A stretch of 64,000 nt of DNA, from contig CAYPWJ010000001.1 in assembly GCA_964414415.1 (NCBI GenBank), forward strand, positions 138,701-202,700, in the 5' to 3' direction. Of the stretch, positions 10,728 to 21,036 are shown piece by piece. A program made the translations under genes and the position numbers. The notes under the pieces were generated by a model. The model made no database searches. It saw nothing but the letters and a program-made list of their open reading frames with translations, and was not told where the DNA came from. Source of the stretch: an uncultured Thermoplasmatales archaeon (lineage in GTDB: Archaea > Thermoplasmatota > E2 > UBA202 > DSCA01). The stretch's first letter is position 1. Every line of letters starts with the position of its first letter.

Positions 10728-11580
10728 AGGCAGCCAGGAAAACATCTACGACCTCTACAAGTGCCGCATCCTCCGCGTCTACGAGATGACCGACGAGGAC
10801 AAGCTCTTCCTCCTCCGCTTTGAGGACTCCGACATCGCCGAAGAGTGGACGTTCACGCCTGGACAGTTCGTCCAGGTCTCCATCCCCGGCGTCGGCGAGA
10901 TTCCCATCTCCGTGTGCTCGTCGCCGATGCGCCGCGGATTCTTCGAGCTCTGCATCAAGCGCGCGGGCAAGGTCACCGAGGTCGTCCACCGGATGGAGCC
11001 CGGCGACTACATGGGCATCCGCGGGCCCTACGGCAACGGCTTTCCGATGGACACATTCGAGAATCACGACCTGCTGCTCATCGCGGCCGGCATCGGCATG
11101 GTGCCGCTCCGCTCCGTGTTCCTCCACGCGATGGACAACCGGTGGAAGTTCGGCAACATCACCGTCATCAACTCCGCCCGCTACGGCCACAAGCTGCTGT
11201 TCCGGAAGGAGCTGGAGGCCATGCGGGACATCGCCGAGGCGGAGAACATCAACATCCTCCAGACCGTCACCCGGGACCCGGAATGGCCCGGCCGGACGGG
11301 CAGAGCGCAGCATCACATTCAGGATGCAAACACCGACCCCGACGATGCGTATGTCGTCGTCTGCGGGCCGCCGCAGGCCTACCGGAGCGTCTTCGAAAAA
11401 GTCATCGAGGCGGGCTACGACCCTCGCAACATCTACGTCACGCTGGAGCGCAGGATGAAATGCGGCGTCGGCAAATGCGGGCACTGCATCGCCGGCTCAT
11501 CGACCTTCCTCGAGTACATCTGCATCGACGGCCCGGTGTTCAGCTACTACGACATCATCTCAACCCCCAATCTCATCTAG
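10717..11580 (+). CDS. hydG: Sulfhydrogenase gamma subunit (FAD/NAD(P)-binding, 2Fe-2S)
   Basis: [27 protein letters not shown]...CIDGPVF. Confidence 0.92.
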   Translation: MSNEGSQENIYDLYKCRILRVYEMTDEDKLFLLRFEDSDIAEEWTFTPGQFVQVSIPGVGEIPISVCSSPMRRGFFELCIKRAGKVTEVVHRMEPGDYMGIRGPYGNGFPMDTFENHDLLLIAAGIGMVPLRSVFLHAMDNRWKFGNITVINSARYGHKLLFRKELEAMRDIAEAENINILQTVTRDPEWPGRTGRAQHHIQDANTDPDDAYVVVCGPPQAYRSVFEKVIEAGYDPRNIYVTLERRMKCGVGKCGHCIAGSSTFLEYICIDGPVFSYYDIISTPNLI

Positions 11581-11587
11581 TGATAGC

Positions 11588-12373
11588 ATGACCACGAAAA
11601 TAGGTATACACGGGTTAACCTCCTGCTACGGATGCCAGCTCAGCATCGCCATCGTGCAGCGCATCCTCGACGTCGCCGACAGGTTCGACATCGAGTACTT
11701 CTACATGCTGTCGAGCGAGGGCGAGATATCGCCAGTCGACGTCGCGTTCGTCGAGGGCAGCGTCAGCACCGGCATGGACGAACATGAGCTGCGAGAGATA
11801 CGCGACAACGCAGACGTCGTCGTCGCGGTCGGCTCCTGCGCCATCCACGGCGGCGTGCAGGGCATCCTCGCCGACGAGGACATCGACTACCAGGAGGCAT
11901 TTGAGGACGTCTACGGCGACAGCGAGATGGACTACGAAGGCTGCGTCGCTCGACCTATCGACTCCGTCGTCGAGGTCGACTACCGGCTACCCGGCTGTCC
12001 GCCTGAGGAGCCGGAGATTATGTACTACATGGCGACGCTGGCGATGGGCAGCTGGCCGGAGGAAAAAGACTACCCGGTCTGCGCGGAATGCCGACGGGCC
12101 GGCAATCCCTGCATCCTCATCGAGCGCGGCGAACCCTGCCTCGGGCCCGTGACGGTTGCAGGATGCGACGCTCGCTGCATCTCCTACGACGTGCCCTGTG
12201 TCGGCTGCCGCGGCGCCGTTCCGCACGAGACAGCGTGGTTCGACTCTCTTGCCAGGACATTCAAGGACATCGGCATGGATCGCGACGCTGTCGAGAAACG
12301 CATGGCTATCTTTTCCGCGCGGCATCCCCAGATGCAGGGGATGCTCGACGAGGTCTATGGAGAGGAGGAATAA
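11588..12373 (+). CDS. hydD: Sulfhydrogenase delta (small) subunit
   Basis: TSCYGCQ, EGSVS, GSCA..GGVQ, GCPP, CLGPVT.AGC.ARC...C.GCRG. Confidence 0.92.
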   Translation: MTTKIGIHGLTSCYGCQLSIAIVQRILDVADRFDIEYFYMLSSEGEISPVDVAFVEGSVSTGMDEHELREIRDNADVVVAVGSCAIHGGVQGILADEDIDYQEAFEDVYGDSEMDYEGCVARPIDSVVEVDYRLPGCPPEEPEIMYYMATLAMGSWPEEKDYPVCAECRRAGNPCILIERGEPCLGPVTVAGCDARCISYDVPCVGCRGAVPHETAWFDSLARTFKDIGMDRDAVEKRMAIFSARHPQMQGMLDEVYGEEE

Positions 12374-12375
12374 AC

Positions 12376-13659
12376 ATGAAAGTGACACAGGAAATCACGG
12401 TTGACCACCTCGCCCGCATCGAGGGCAAGGCAGGCATCGAGGTAGACATCAGCGAGGACGCCGTTGAAGCAAAGCTCAAGGTCACCGAAGGCCCGCGGTT
12501 CTTCGAGGTCATCACAAAGAACAAGCACTGGCGGGAGGCCGTCACCATCTTCCCGCGCATCTGCTCGTTCTGCTGCACCCCGCACAAGCTCACGCCCATC
12601 GAGGCCGTCGAGCGGGCCCTCGACGTCGAGCCGTCGGAGCAGACGAGGCTGCTGCGCGAGCTCCTCTACATCGGCAACATCCTTGAAAGCCACGCGCTGC
12701 ATCTCTATCTCCTCGTCGTCCCCGACTACCTCGGCTACCCGGACGCATTTGCGGTATCAGAACAGCAAAGCGGCCTGGTCGAGGACGGCATATTCCTCAA
12801 GGACATCGGCGCCGAGATACAGTCGTCGCTCGGCAGCCGCTCTATTCACCCCGAGTCAGCGCTCGTCGGCGGCTTCGGCACGCTGCCCGGCCGCGAAAAG
12901 ATGCAGGAAATCCGGGACATGGCCGACCGCGGTATCGCCATGGCTGAGCGCGCCGTTGACTTCTTCGCCGAATACGAGTATCCGTCGTACGTGGACAGTG
13001 AACGCCGGCATCTCTCCATCGCCTGCCCCGACAGCTACAGCGTCTACGGCGACGAGATCGTCTCCTCCGACGGCGACTCGTTCAAGGTCGAGGACTACAT
13101 CTACCACCTGCAGGAAAGCGTTGCTCCGTACTCGTTCGCCAAGCGCGGCAGCTACAAGGACGAGCCATACATGGTCGGCGCGCAGTCCCGCCTCATAAAC
13201 AGCTGCGACCGGCTCACCGGACGAGCTGCGGAGCTCATGGAGCAACATCGCGCGCTGGTCACCCCTGACAACCCGTTCGCCAACAACTTCGCGCAGGCCA
13301 TCGAGATGGTCTATTTCCTGGAGCGCATCAAGGAACTCATCGACGAGATCGGCACGCCCGAGCAGCAGGAGCCTGCAAAGCCGACGCGGAGCACCGGCGA
13401 GGGCTACGCGGTGACCGAGGCACCCCGGGGCCTGCTCATCTACTATCTGAACATCGAGGACGACCAGGTCGTCGACGCTGATGTCATCACTCCGACGGCC
13501 ATGTTCCTCCCCATGATGGAGGTCGACATCGCGGACATGGCGACCGGGCTCTGGCAGGACGGCTGCCAGGACGAGGAAACCATCGCTGATAAGGTCGAGA
13601 TGGTGTCACGGGCCTACGACCCCTGCATATCATGCAGCGTCCACGTCACCAGGCTTTAG
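12376..13659 (+). CDS. hydA: Sulfhydrogenase alpha ([NiFe] large) subunit
   Basis: RIEG, L1 RICSFC, EAPRG, L2 DPCISCSVH plus short cleavable tail VTRL; SD GAGGAGG upstream. Confidence 0.95.
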   Translation: MKVTQEITVDHLARIEGKAGIEVDISEDAVEAKLKVTEGPRFFEVITKNKHWREAVTIFPRICSFCCTPHKLTPIEAVERALDVEPSEQTRLLRELLYIGNILESHALHLYLLVVPDYLGYPDAFAVSEQQSGLVEDGIFLKDIGAEIQSSLGSRSIHPESALVGGFGTLPGREKMQEIRDMADRGIAMAERAVDFFAEYEYPSYVDSERRHLSIACPDSYSVYGDEIVSSDGDSFKVEDYIYHLQESVAPYSFAKRGSYKDEPYMVGAQSRLINSCDRLTGRAAELMEQHRALVTPDNPFANNFAQAIEMVYFLERIKELIDEIGTPEQQEPAKPTRSTGEGYAVTEAPRGLLIYYLNIEDDQVVDADVITPTAMFLPMMEVDIADMATGLWQDGCQDEETIADKVEMVSRAYDPCISCSVHVTRL

Positions 13660-14102
13660 TGGTCACGCTTGGCAGTCCACTCGCTGGCGAGGACGCCGTC
13701 GGACAGTGCGTCCATGACGCATTGCAGGAGATGGTCGACGCCCGCATTGTCTATCTCGGCACCGACATCTTTCGCTTCAGCAACGTCTACCATGGCGAGC
13801 CGCTCGTTGTTGTCGTCGACGCGGTCTACTCGAAGCGGCATGCCGCCGGTGACGTCATCCATTTTGCAGGCGATGAAGTATTCTCGGAGCTCAACGACGT
13901 CGCCACCGACGCGCACATGCTCGGGGTCGGCGAGGGACTCAAGATACTCCGCAGGGTCATGCCTCGCTTTCCCGACGAGCTGTACTTCATCGGTGTCTCC
14001 TGCAAGCACTTCGGCCACGGCGAGATGAGCCCGGAGGTACAAAAAGGAATCGAGGAGGCGGTGACGCTTGTCCGTGAGCTCCTCGCCCGGCAGTCAGGTT
14101 AA
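13632..14102 (+). CDS. Hydrogenase maturation endopeptidase (HycI/HyaD family)
   Basis: LGS.L.GED.VG, VVVDAV, DAH motifs; follows the large subunit; start may be GTG 13659. Confidence 0.85.
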   Translation: MQRPRHQALVVTLGSPLAGEDAVGQCVHDALQEMVDARIVYLGTDIFRFSNVYHGEPLVVVVDAVYSKRHAAGDVIHFAGDEVFSELNDVATDAHMLGVGEGLKILRRVMPRFPDELYFIGVSCKHFGHGEMSPEVQKGIEEAVTLVRELLARQSG

Positions 14103-15586
14103 TGCAGGAAATACCGGCGTCCGGTGAACACCATCGGGATGTCGTGTTCGTTGGCCGCCTCGATGACCTCGCCGTCGCGGATGGAGCCACCGGGCTGCAC
14201 GATGGCTCTGATGCCCGCCTCCGCTGCGACGTCGACGGCGTCGCGGAACGGGAAGAAGGCGTCCGACGCCATCACCGATCCTTTGACGTTGCCGCCACCC
14301 TTCTTGGTGGCGATCCAGCTTGCATCAACCCGGGAGGTCTGGCCGCCGCCGATGGCCACTGTGTGGGTGCCCTTCGCGAAGACGATGGCGTTGGACTTGA
14401 CGTGCTTGACGCATTTCGCCGCGAAGACCATGGTCTCGATGTCGTCGGGTGTCGGCTCCGCCTCCGTCATCACTTTCCATTCATGGGGGTCGAAGGGCGT
14501 GATGTCTCTCTCTTGGACGAGCAGGCCGCCGCCGACGCTCCGCAGCTCGAAAGACGGCCGGCGCTCCCGACAGCCGAGTCCCTCCACCTCGAGCAGGCGA
14601 AGTTTTTCCTTCTGCTCAAGGATTTCCCTTGCTGCCTCGGTGTATCCCGGGGCGATGATGACCTCGAGAAAGATCTCCGTCATCTTCCCGGCCAGCTCAC
14701 GGTCGACGTCGCGGTTGACCGCCACGACACCGCCAAACGGTGAATACTCGTCGGTCGCAAATGCTTCGTCCCAAGCCTCGGCAAGGTCGCCCGCGGAGGC
14801 GACACCGGACGGCGTCGCATGTTTCATGATCACCACGGTCGGCTCCGTGAATTCCTTGACGCATTCGATGGCGTCGCTGGCGTCCAGGATGTTGTTGTAG
14901 GATATCTCCTTGCCCTGCAGCTTCACCGCAGTGGCGACGCAGGGCTCCCGGGTAGCGCCGCGGTAGAACGCGCCTCGCTGGTGCGGGTTTTCACCGTACC
15001 GTAGCTGTTTGTCCAGCCGATACGGCGGGACGAGCAGCTCCGGAAAACCGTCGCTGTCTTGCTGCCCGGCGATCGATGCATCATAATACGCAGTCCGCCG
15101 CACTGCCTCATACGCAAGCCTGCGCCGCAGATCCTCGCCAATGTCCGGCAACGCCGCCGTTACGCGCTGATACTGCGACGGATGTGACACCACGGCGACG
15201 TCACGCCAGTTCTTGGCTGCCGCCCTCACCATGCAGGGCCCCCCGATGTCCATCTTGTCGATGCCACGTTCAGGGTCGTAGAAGTTGCAGACGACCATGT
15301 CGATGGGCGTGACATCGTTTCGCTTGAGGGTGTCCATGTCGTTGCTGTCCCGCCGCGCCAGGATGCCCGCGTAGATGTCGGTGTGCAGTGTCTTCACACG
15401 GCCGTCTATGAGGTCGGTGAAGCCGGTGATAGCTGCAACCGGCGTCACGTCGATGCCTGCATCGGTGAGCACGTCGGCGGTCCCGCCCGTCGAGACGATG
15501 GCGACGCCTGCCTCGTTCAGCGCGGAACAAAAACCCACGATGTCTGTCTTGTCGTAGACGCTTACCAGCGCCGTCTCTGGCTTCAT
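14099..15586 (-). CDS. purH: Bifunctional AICAR transformylase/IMP cyclohydrolase
   Basis: ALVSVYDKT, STGGTA, GRVKTLH, DIGGP, LRYGENPHQ, SDAFFPF, QPGGS.RD. Confidence 0.96.
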   Translation of the reverse strand: MKPETALVSVYDKTDIVGFCSALNEAGVAIVSTGGTADVLTDAGIDVTPVAAITGFTDLIDGRVKTLHTDIYAGILARRDSNDMDTLKRNDVTPIDMVVCNFYDPERGIDKMDIGGPCMVRAAAKNWRDVAVVSHPSQYQRVTAALPDIGEDLRRRLAYEAVRRTAYYDASIAGQQDSDGFPELLVPPYRLDKQLRYGENPHQRGAFYRGATREPCVATAVKLQGKEISYNNILDASDAIECVKEFTEPTVVIMKHATPSGVASAGDLAEAWDEAFATDEYSPFGGVVAVNRDVDRELAGKMTEIFLEVIIAPGYTEAAREILEQKEKLRLLEVEGLGCRERRPSFELRSVGGGLLVQERDITPFDPHEWKVMTEAEPTPDDIETMVFAAKCVKHVKSNAIVFAKGTHTVAIGGGQTSRVDASWIATKKGGGNVKGSVMASDAFFPFRDAVDVAAEAGIRAIVQPGGSIRDGEVIEAANEHDIPMVFTGRRYFLH

Positions 15587-15781
15587 GCTGTTACCCACAC
15601 CTAATGCGACGCCTCCAAATTAATGTTACGGGCAGCGGAGGGGGATGCCCGGAGGGTGCCACCATTTATATTGCTGCCGCGGTTTTGTAGGTGGCAGTGT
15701 GGGAAGGGCTGGCAGCCGGGTTTTTCCGGCGGTGTGTCATCCACACTGTCTCTCTTCCTGTACGTTACACTGCAGCAATGC

Positions 15782-15828
15782 TATATACTTTTTATATAAA
15801 TATATATTTTAATGCGATAAAGTATATA
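15782..15828. promoter_or_regulatory. AT-rich promoter region with 10-bp inverted repeat (TATATACTTT-N27-AAAGTATATA)
   Basis: Arms at 15782-15791 and 15819-15828; several TATA-like boxes between divergent genes. Confidence 0.45.
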
Positions 15829-15851
15829 TTTACTCCAGACGTTGCGCTACC

Positions 15852-16088
15852 ATGGCATCGACCTATGCCCTCATCCGGATTCCACCGGTCGAGCTGCGTC
15901 AGGTGCAACATAAGCTATCCCGCCAGCGAGGCATCGGCAGCCTGCATCCCCTTGCAGGGAACGACGCTTACAACCTGCTGGCCCGCCTCGACGTGGCTGA
16001 CAACCGGGAGGAACACAGGATGATGGACGCCATACAGAACACACACGGGGTGTCCGGTGCCATAGTCCTGACCAGGGTACCGGCGTAG
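15852..16088 (+). CDS. Stand-alone Lrp/AsnC ligand-binding (RAM)-like domain protein
   Basis: YALI...L...G...YNLLARL.V......I....GV pattern, 78 aa. Confidence 0.55.
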   Translation: MASTYALIRIPPVELRQVQHKLSRQRGIGSLHPLAGNDAYNLLARLDVADNREEHRMMDAIQNTHGVSGAIVLTRVPA

Positions 16089-16231
16089 CCCCATTATTCC
16101 CCATATATTTTTCTATTCAAACGAGTTGAAAATAACCGCAACCGGAAGCAAGCACCACAATGTTTAAAAACGGAGGTGCCTCCTCCCTCCGTTCTTTTTT
16201 AACCGCGCCGACGGTTATACCCTGTGATACC

Positions 16232-16498
16232 ATGAGCTTAACAGTACCTCTCTACCAGAAAAAACAGTTCAAAATAGAGCAGGAATGGCAGCCATACCGC
16301 CGGGCGCTCGAGCACGATGAACAGGAATACTTCGACCGGCTCATGCACAAGGCCCGGCAGCACGCCGCCGCAGCTCAGGAGGCAGCCCGCCTCAACCACA
16401 TGGAGGCGGTGTTCATGTCGATGCTGATAGAGATGCAGAAAGAGATAGACGAACTCACGCGAACGGCGCAGCCCCCAAGATTTGAAAACTTTTATTAA
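16232..16498 (+). CDS. Small alpha-helical protein resembling the PolB2-associated family (arCOG07300-like)
   Basis: TVP.Y......W..YRRAL...E..FDRL..KAR.HA.A.......E...MS.LIE.QKEI..L pattern. Confidence 0.6.
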   Translation: MSLTVPLYQKKQFKIEQEWQPYRRALEHDEQEYFDRLMHKARQHAAAAQEAARLNHMEAVFMSMLIEMQKEIDELTRTAQPPRFENFY

Positions 16499-16519
16499 TC
16501 ACTTGTTCTTACTCGCTCT

Positions 16520-16951
16520 ATGTTCAAACTGAGCAAGGGGCTGCTATCATTTATCTCAGGCCTCGGATTCATGGGGCTCATCTTTTACCTCGTGTTTTTC
16601 ACCTTCGTCGAGATGAACTACCAGTTGCTTTCCAACTATATCCTCCTATTCTCGATTCTTACCGCCGTCATCGCCTGCATCGTCGTATACTTCCTCTCAA
16701 TCGCGTTTTCGTTCGTCCAGGCCCGCATCAACGTACCGCCCAACGCCGGTGGGTTCATCGGCGGCATCATGACCATGGTCGCCATCATCCTGATGATCGT
16801 ATCCATCAGAATCAACGACCTCTGGATGAACAACGTGAGCGCATTCGAGCGTATCCACCCCATCACGTCGTTTTTCCTAGCTGCAGCCAGCACGCTGCTG
16901 TTCATCTGGCCGGTCGAAGAGCCCCGGAGCAGCGACGAACAGATATGGTAA
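16520..16951 (+). CDS. Hypothetical 4-TM membrane protein
   Basis: Four hydrophobic segments; overlaps trm56 start. Confidence 0.6.
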   Translation: MFKLSKGLLSFISGLGFMGLIFYLVFFTFVEMNYQLLSNYILLFSILTAVIACIVVYFLSIAFSFVQARINVPPNAGGFIGGIMTMVAIILMIVSIRINDLWMNNVSAFERIHPITSFFLAAASTLLFIWPVEEPRSSDEQIW

Positions 16952-17967
16952 CCGTCAGCGTCTACCGGTACGGCCACCGCCTCGGCCGTGACAAGCGCAT
17001 CACCACCCACACGGCGCTCGTCGCCCGGGCCTTCGCCGCACGCGACATCGCTGTTGATACCACCGATGACGGGCTGGAGGCAACCATCGCCGACGTCAAC
17101 AAGCGCTTCGGCGACGACTTTGACATCGAAACCGGGGCGTCGTGGCGCGAGTTTCGCCGCGCCCGTGACGGCGCAGTGGTCCACCTCACCATGTACGGTC
17201 AGCCCCTCGACGACGTCATCGACGAGATCCGGCGCCACGACGACATCGTCGTCATCATTGGCTCCCAGAAGGTGCCAGGGTGGGTTTACGGTGAGGCCGA
17301 CTACAACGTGGCGGTCGGCAACCAGCCACATTCCGAGGTTGCAGCGCTCGCTGTCTTCATGCACCTCCTCACCGAGGGTGGCTGGATGAACCGCCGGTTT
17401 TACGGCACCCATCGGGTTGTCCCCCAGCCTCGCGGCAAAAAAATCGTCGAGCGAGACTATGCAGCGCTGCTGCGAGATGCCGGGTGCCCACCCGAGGTCG
17501 TCGAACACGCCAGGAAGGTGCAGCACCTCGCCGTGGCCATAGCCCAGCGTGTCAGCCAGCGAGGGATCGACGTCGACCTGGCCACCGTCAAAATCGGCTC
17601 CATGCTCCACGACCTCGGCCGGGCGGAAACCCACGGCATCGACCATATCCCGGCCGGTGTCGCCCTGGCACAAAAATATGGTCTGCCCGATAAAATCGTC
17701 CGGGTCATCGAACGGCACGGCGGGGCGGGCATCGACCACGATGAAGCAGAAAAGCTCGGGCTTCCGCCCAGGGACTACACGCCCCGGACCATCGAAGAAA
17801 AAATCGTGGCGCACGCCGACACCCTGACAGGCCGGGAATACCGTGACGTTGAGACGGCTGCCGCAAAGCTCCGCCGTGATGCAGGCGAGAGAGCGGCGGA
17901 AAAGGTACAGCGCCTTCACGACGAGCTGAGTGAACTATGCGGCTGCGACATAGGTGAACTGCCATGA
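16945..17967 (+). CDS. trm56: tRNA (cytidine56-2'-O)-methyltransferase fused to an HD domain
   Basis: GHR..RDKRITTH.ALVARAF, HLTMYG, NQPHSEVAALA; C-terminal H...LHDLG...H...EEKIVAHAD. Confidence 0.93.
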   Translation: MVTVSVYRYGHRLGRDKRITTHTALVARAFAARDIAVDTTDDGLEATIADVNKRFGDDFDIETGASWREFRRARDGAVVHLTMYGQPLDDVIDEIRRHDDIVVIIGSQKVPGWVYGEADYNVAVGNQPHSEVAALAVFMHLLTEGGWMNRRFYGTHRVVPQPRGKKIVERDYAALLRDAGCPPEVVEHARKVQHLAVAIAQRVSQRGIDVDLATVKIGSMLHDLGRAETHGIDHIPAGVALAQKYGLPDKIVRVIERHGGAGIDHDEAEKLGLPPRDYTPRTIEEKIVAHADTLTGREYRDVETAAAKLRRDAGERAAEKVQRLHDELSELCGCDIGELP

Positions 17968-18533
17968 CGACCGTCGGCGTCGCGGCCTTCCAGGGCGCCG
18001 TCACCGAGCACCTCGACGCCGTCGAGCGCGCCATGCAGGCAATCGATATGAAGGGTAGCGCCATCCCTGTGCGTGACTCCATCGCTGACGTTGACGCTCT
18101 TATCATACCCGGTGGGGAGAGCACAACCATCGCCGGCAGGATGCGTCACACCGCCGTCTTCGATGAAATCAGGGAGCGCAGCGATAACATCCCCGTCATG
18201 GGAACCTGTGCAGGCTGTATTTTGCTTGCTGAACGGATTGTCGGCAGCGACGTCATGCCGCTCGGTCTGATGGACATGGAGGTGGAGCGAAACGCCTTCG
18301 GGAGGCAAAAGGAATCATTTCAATGCCGGCTGCCGGTAGCCGAGATCGGCGAGGTGCCCACGGTGTTCATCCGGGCGCCGCTCATCACGAAAACATGGGG
18401 AAGCTGCACCGCGATGGCGTCCATAGAGGAGGGCATCGTGATGGCCCGGCAGGGGAACAAGCTGGCGCTGGTGTTCCACCCGGAGCTCACCGATGACGTC
18501 CGCATCCATCACTATTTCCTGCAGATGCTGTAA
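17964..18533 (+). CDS. pdxT: PLP synthase glutaminase subunit
   Basis: QGAV.EH, IPGGESTT, GTCAG, RNAFGRQ, FIRAP, FHPEL. Confidence 0.95.
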   Translation: MTTVGVAAFQGAVTEHLDAVERAMQAIDMKGSAIPVRDSIADVDALIIPGGESTTIAGRMRHTAVFDEIRERSDNIPVMGTCAGCILLAERIVGSDVMPLGLMDMEVERNAFGRQKESFQCRLPVAEIGEVPTVFIRAPLITKTWGSCTAMASIEEGIVMARQGNKLALVFHPELTDDVRIHHYFLQML

Positions 18534-18556
18534 AAGAGAGCGATGCCGGGCCGGGG

Positions 18557-18940
18557 CTACGCCTGTATGATCTTTTTTCGGCCCATAGCCTGCAGATAGC
18601 GGACCTCCTTTCCATTCTCCAGTTCACCTTCGAACTCGTCGGGGATGTCGATGGTGAAGGTCTCATAGGTTTCCATGTCCATGAGCTGGGCGTTGCCACC
18701 AGACATGGATATCACCTGGCCGCGTCGCTTGTCGATGATGGGCACGTTGACCTTGTGGCGGACCGGGTTGACGATGCTTCGCTTCTGATCGTCGAAGATG
18801 CCGACCGCCTCGATGCGCGCCTTTGCCTCTCCGTGCTTCCCCGGCTTTGACGTTGTCATGCCGACGATTCTGCACGGCTCGTCGTCGATGAGTATGTAGC
18901 GTCCCTCTTTCAAGTCTTTGACTTCGACCACGTCTTTCAT
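18557..18940 (-). CDS. eif5a: Translation factor aIF-5A
   Basis: SKPGKHGEAK hypusination loop, QLMDMETYETF. Confidence 0.96.
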   Translation of the reverse strand: MKDVVEVKDLKEGRYILIDDEPCRIVGMTTSKPGKHGEAKARIEAVGIFDDQKRSIVNPVRHKVNVPIIDKRRGQVISMSGGNAQLMDMETYETFTIDIPDEFEGELENGKEVRYLQAMGRKKIIQA

Positions 18941-19001
18941 GTGAGCACCTAACCCGGGAAACGCAAACCCCTAAATAAGGTTTTGGAAACCAATCGGTTT
19001 T

Positions 19002-19244
19002 TTGCGTTATGTCGTACCGCCACGTCAGTGGTCGACGAAAGCGGAATATTTATTTACACTCGCGGCCTACTATCCTCCAGGGGAAAAGATGGAGGTCGAC
19101 AGCGGTCCAGACGACTATTTCGGAAACCCAGCACGGATAACAGAATACAAAATACTGCTGTACGTCGGCATCGCGATGCTGGCAGCCGGAGGGCCATTTC
19201 TCTTCCTTGCGGGAAAACGGTATGGTGGCCGGCGTCGTTCTTGA
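19002..19244 (+). CDS. Hypothetical small membrane protein
   Basis: One hydrophobic segment near the C-terminus; start uncertain. Confidence 0.3.
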   Translation: MRYVVPPRQWSTKAEYLFTLAAYYPPGEKMEVDSGPDDYFGNPARITEYKILLYVGIAMLAAGGPFLFLAGKRYGGRRRS

Positions 19245-19545
19245 ATTCATCGGGTTTATGTGCGCTGTAAGCGGATGGGTGGACCTGCGAGAGGAAAAGA
19301 AAAAACAAGGGGTAAAACGAACATCTACGCCCGCTGGAGCAATGGCTTTGATTGCAGGGCTAGTAAGTGTGTTCCTTTCTCGCCTTCCATACGTCAGTCT
19401 AATGCTGGGCGCGGCAGCGATACTGATTGCTGTCAGAGCCGTCCGGCAGAGAGACAACGAATACGGCCCCGTGAGCGGCATATGCGGCGTCATGGGCATA
19501 GCCGCCACTCTGTACGTGATGGTTTTGTTTTCTCCGTTTGCCTGA
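19222..19545 (+). CDS. Hypothetical membrane protein
   Basis: Several TM segments separated by a basic loop. Confidence 0.5.
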   Translation: MVAGVVLEFIGFMCAVSGWVDLREEKKKQGVKRTSTPAGAMALIAGLVSVFLSRLPYVSLMLGAAAILIAVRAVRQRDNEYGPVSGICGVMGIAATLYVMVLFSPFA

Positions 19546-19598
19546 AGTTTGCGGATGGGCGAACAAAAGTTATAAAGCGCAGTGTCATGCTCATCTGG

Positions 19599-20597
19599 AT
19601 GACAGCCATCGTCCACGACGAGCGTTTCACCCGCCACGACAATCCGTCTCATCCGGAGCGAGCGGAGCGCCTGCTCTCCGTCATGGGATACATCGAGCAG
19701 CTGCCGTTTTACAAGGAACTGGAGCACATCACGCCTGAGGCGATAGATGAAGAGGCGCTGCTTAGGGTTCACTCTGAGGCGATGGTCGCCCGTATCAAGA
19801 GCACGGTCGGCTGGCTCGACCCGGACACGTATCTCTCGGAGGACTCATACGAGGTCGCGCGGCTGGCGGCCGGTGGCGTGATTTCGGCATGTGATGCCGT
19901 GGTCGAGGGAAACGTGGATAACGCCTTTGCCCTGGTTCGTCCGCCGGGACATCATGCCACATCTACGCGTTCGATGGGCTTCTGCCTGTTCAACAATGCC
20001 GCGCTGGCAGCCGACCATCTCACGCGGCAGGAAAAACGGGTGCTCATCTTCGATCACGACGTCCATCACGGCAACGGCATCGCCGACATCTTCTATGACC
20101 GGAGCGATGTGCTCTATGAGTCGATTCACCTCTCTCCGCATTTTCCCGGCTCCGGTGCGGTCGACGAAATCGGCGTCGGCGCTGGTGAGGGATACACGGT
20201 CAATGCGCCGCTGCCCCATCGCGTCGGCGACGAAGGCGTCCGCGCCGTCATGCGGGAGGTCATGCTGCCGGTGGCGGAGCAGTTCGACCCGGACTTCGTC
20301 ATCGTCTGCGCGGGCTTCGACTCGCACCACACGGACGCGCTCGGCGGCCTGTTTCTCACCATCGATTTTTACGGTGAGCTCCTCCAGCAGCTGATGGACC
20401 TGCAGCCCCGGCTTGTCTGCACGTTGGAGGGCGGGTACAAGCTCGACGTGTTGAAGAAGGGCGTCGCGATCGAGCTTGGTGTGCTGCACGGTACGCCGCT
20501 GACCTGTGACGACGAGGCTGAGGACGGCCGTGACCCGGACCCGGTCATCGACGACATGCGGCGTGTGCTGCAGCCTTACTGGGATGTCTCGTCCTGA
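19599..20597 (+). CDS. Histone deacetylase family (Zn-dependent amidohydrolase)
   Basis: [43 protein letters not shown]. Confidence 0.93.
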   Translation: MTAIVHDERFTRHDNPSHPERAERLLSVMGYIEQLPFYKELEHITPEAIDEEALLRVHSEAMVARIKSTVGWLDPDTYLSEDSYEVARLAAGGVISACDAVVEGNVDNAFALVRPPGHHATSTRSMGFCLFNNAALAADHLTRQEKRVLIFDHDVHHGNGIADIFYDRSDVLYESIHLSPHFPGSGAVDEIGVGAGEGYTVNAPLPHRVGDEGVRAVMREVMLPVAEQFDPDFVIVCAGFDSHHTDALGGLFLTIDFYGELLQQLMDLQPRLVCTLEGGYKLDVLKKGVAIELGVLHGTPLTCDDEAEDGRDPDPVIDDMRRVLQPYWDVSS

Positions 20598-20962
20598 GAG
20601 CTGCAGCGGACCGTGGTTTTGACGCCGCCGCGGACGTTGAACGTGCCGATGACCTCGAGCGAGTGTGGCTGCACCGTTTCCATCAGGTCATGGTAGATAG
20701 CGTTGGTCGCCTCCTCATGCGTCATGTACCGGTCGCGGTAGGAGTTGAGGTAGAGCTTCAGGGACTTCAGCTCCACGATCCAGCGGTCGGGCACATAGGT
20801 GATATGGATGGTAGCGAAGTCGGGATAGCCGGAGCGGGGACACAGGCAGGTGAACTCAGGGAACTCGAGTGACACGGTGTAGTCTTCATCCGGCGAGGGG
20901 TTCTCCCAGACCTCGAGCTCCGCCTCGGCGATGGCTTTTTCTCCGTACTTCTCGCTGCTCAT
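20576..20962 (-). CDS. queF: NADPH-dependent preQ0 (7-cyano-7-deazaguanine) reductase, unimodular type
   Basis: [15 protein letters not shown] (catalytic Cys/Asp), QueF motif [10 protein letters not shown] motif, F..RGG. Confidence 0.88.
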   Translation of the reverse strand: MSSEKYGEKAIAEAELEVWENPSPDEDYTVSLEFPEFTCLCPRSGYPDFATIHITYVPDRWIVELKSLKLYLNSYRDRYMTHEEATNAIYHDLMETVQPHSLEVIGTFNVRGGVKTTVRCSSQDETSQ

Positions 20963-21036
20963 CGGCTGTGAAAGCAGCATCGCTATATAACCTTCCCGCG
21001 TCCATCATTTTTTATAGCGACGTGTGTTGAAGCAAC

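Noticed and set aside
15600..15760. Possible ZMP/ZTP riboswitch upstream of purH
   Set aside because: Only a 7-bp inverted repeat (TGCCACC 15657-15663 / GGTGGCA 15690-15696) around a TATA-like element; I could not find the conserved pfl-motif sequences
16945..17967. Trm56-HD fusion as a novelty
   Set aside because: Already known from Thermoplasmata; used only as a taxonomic clue
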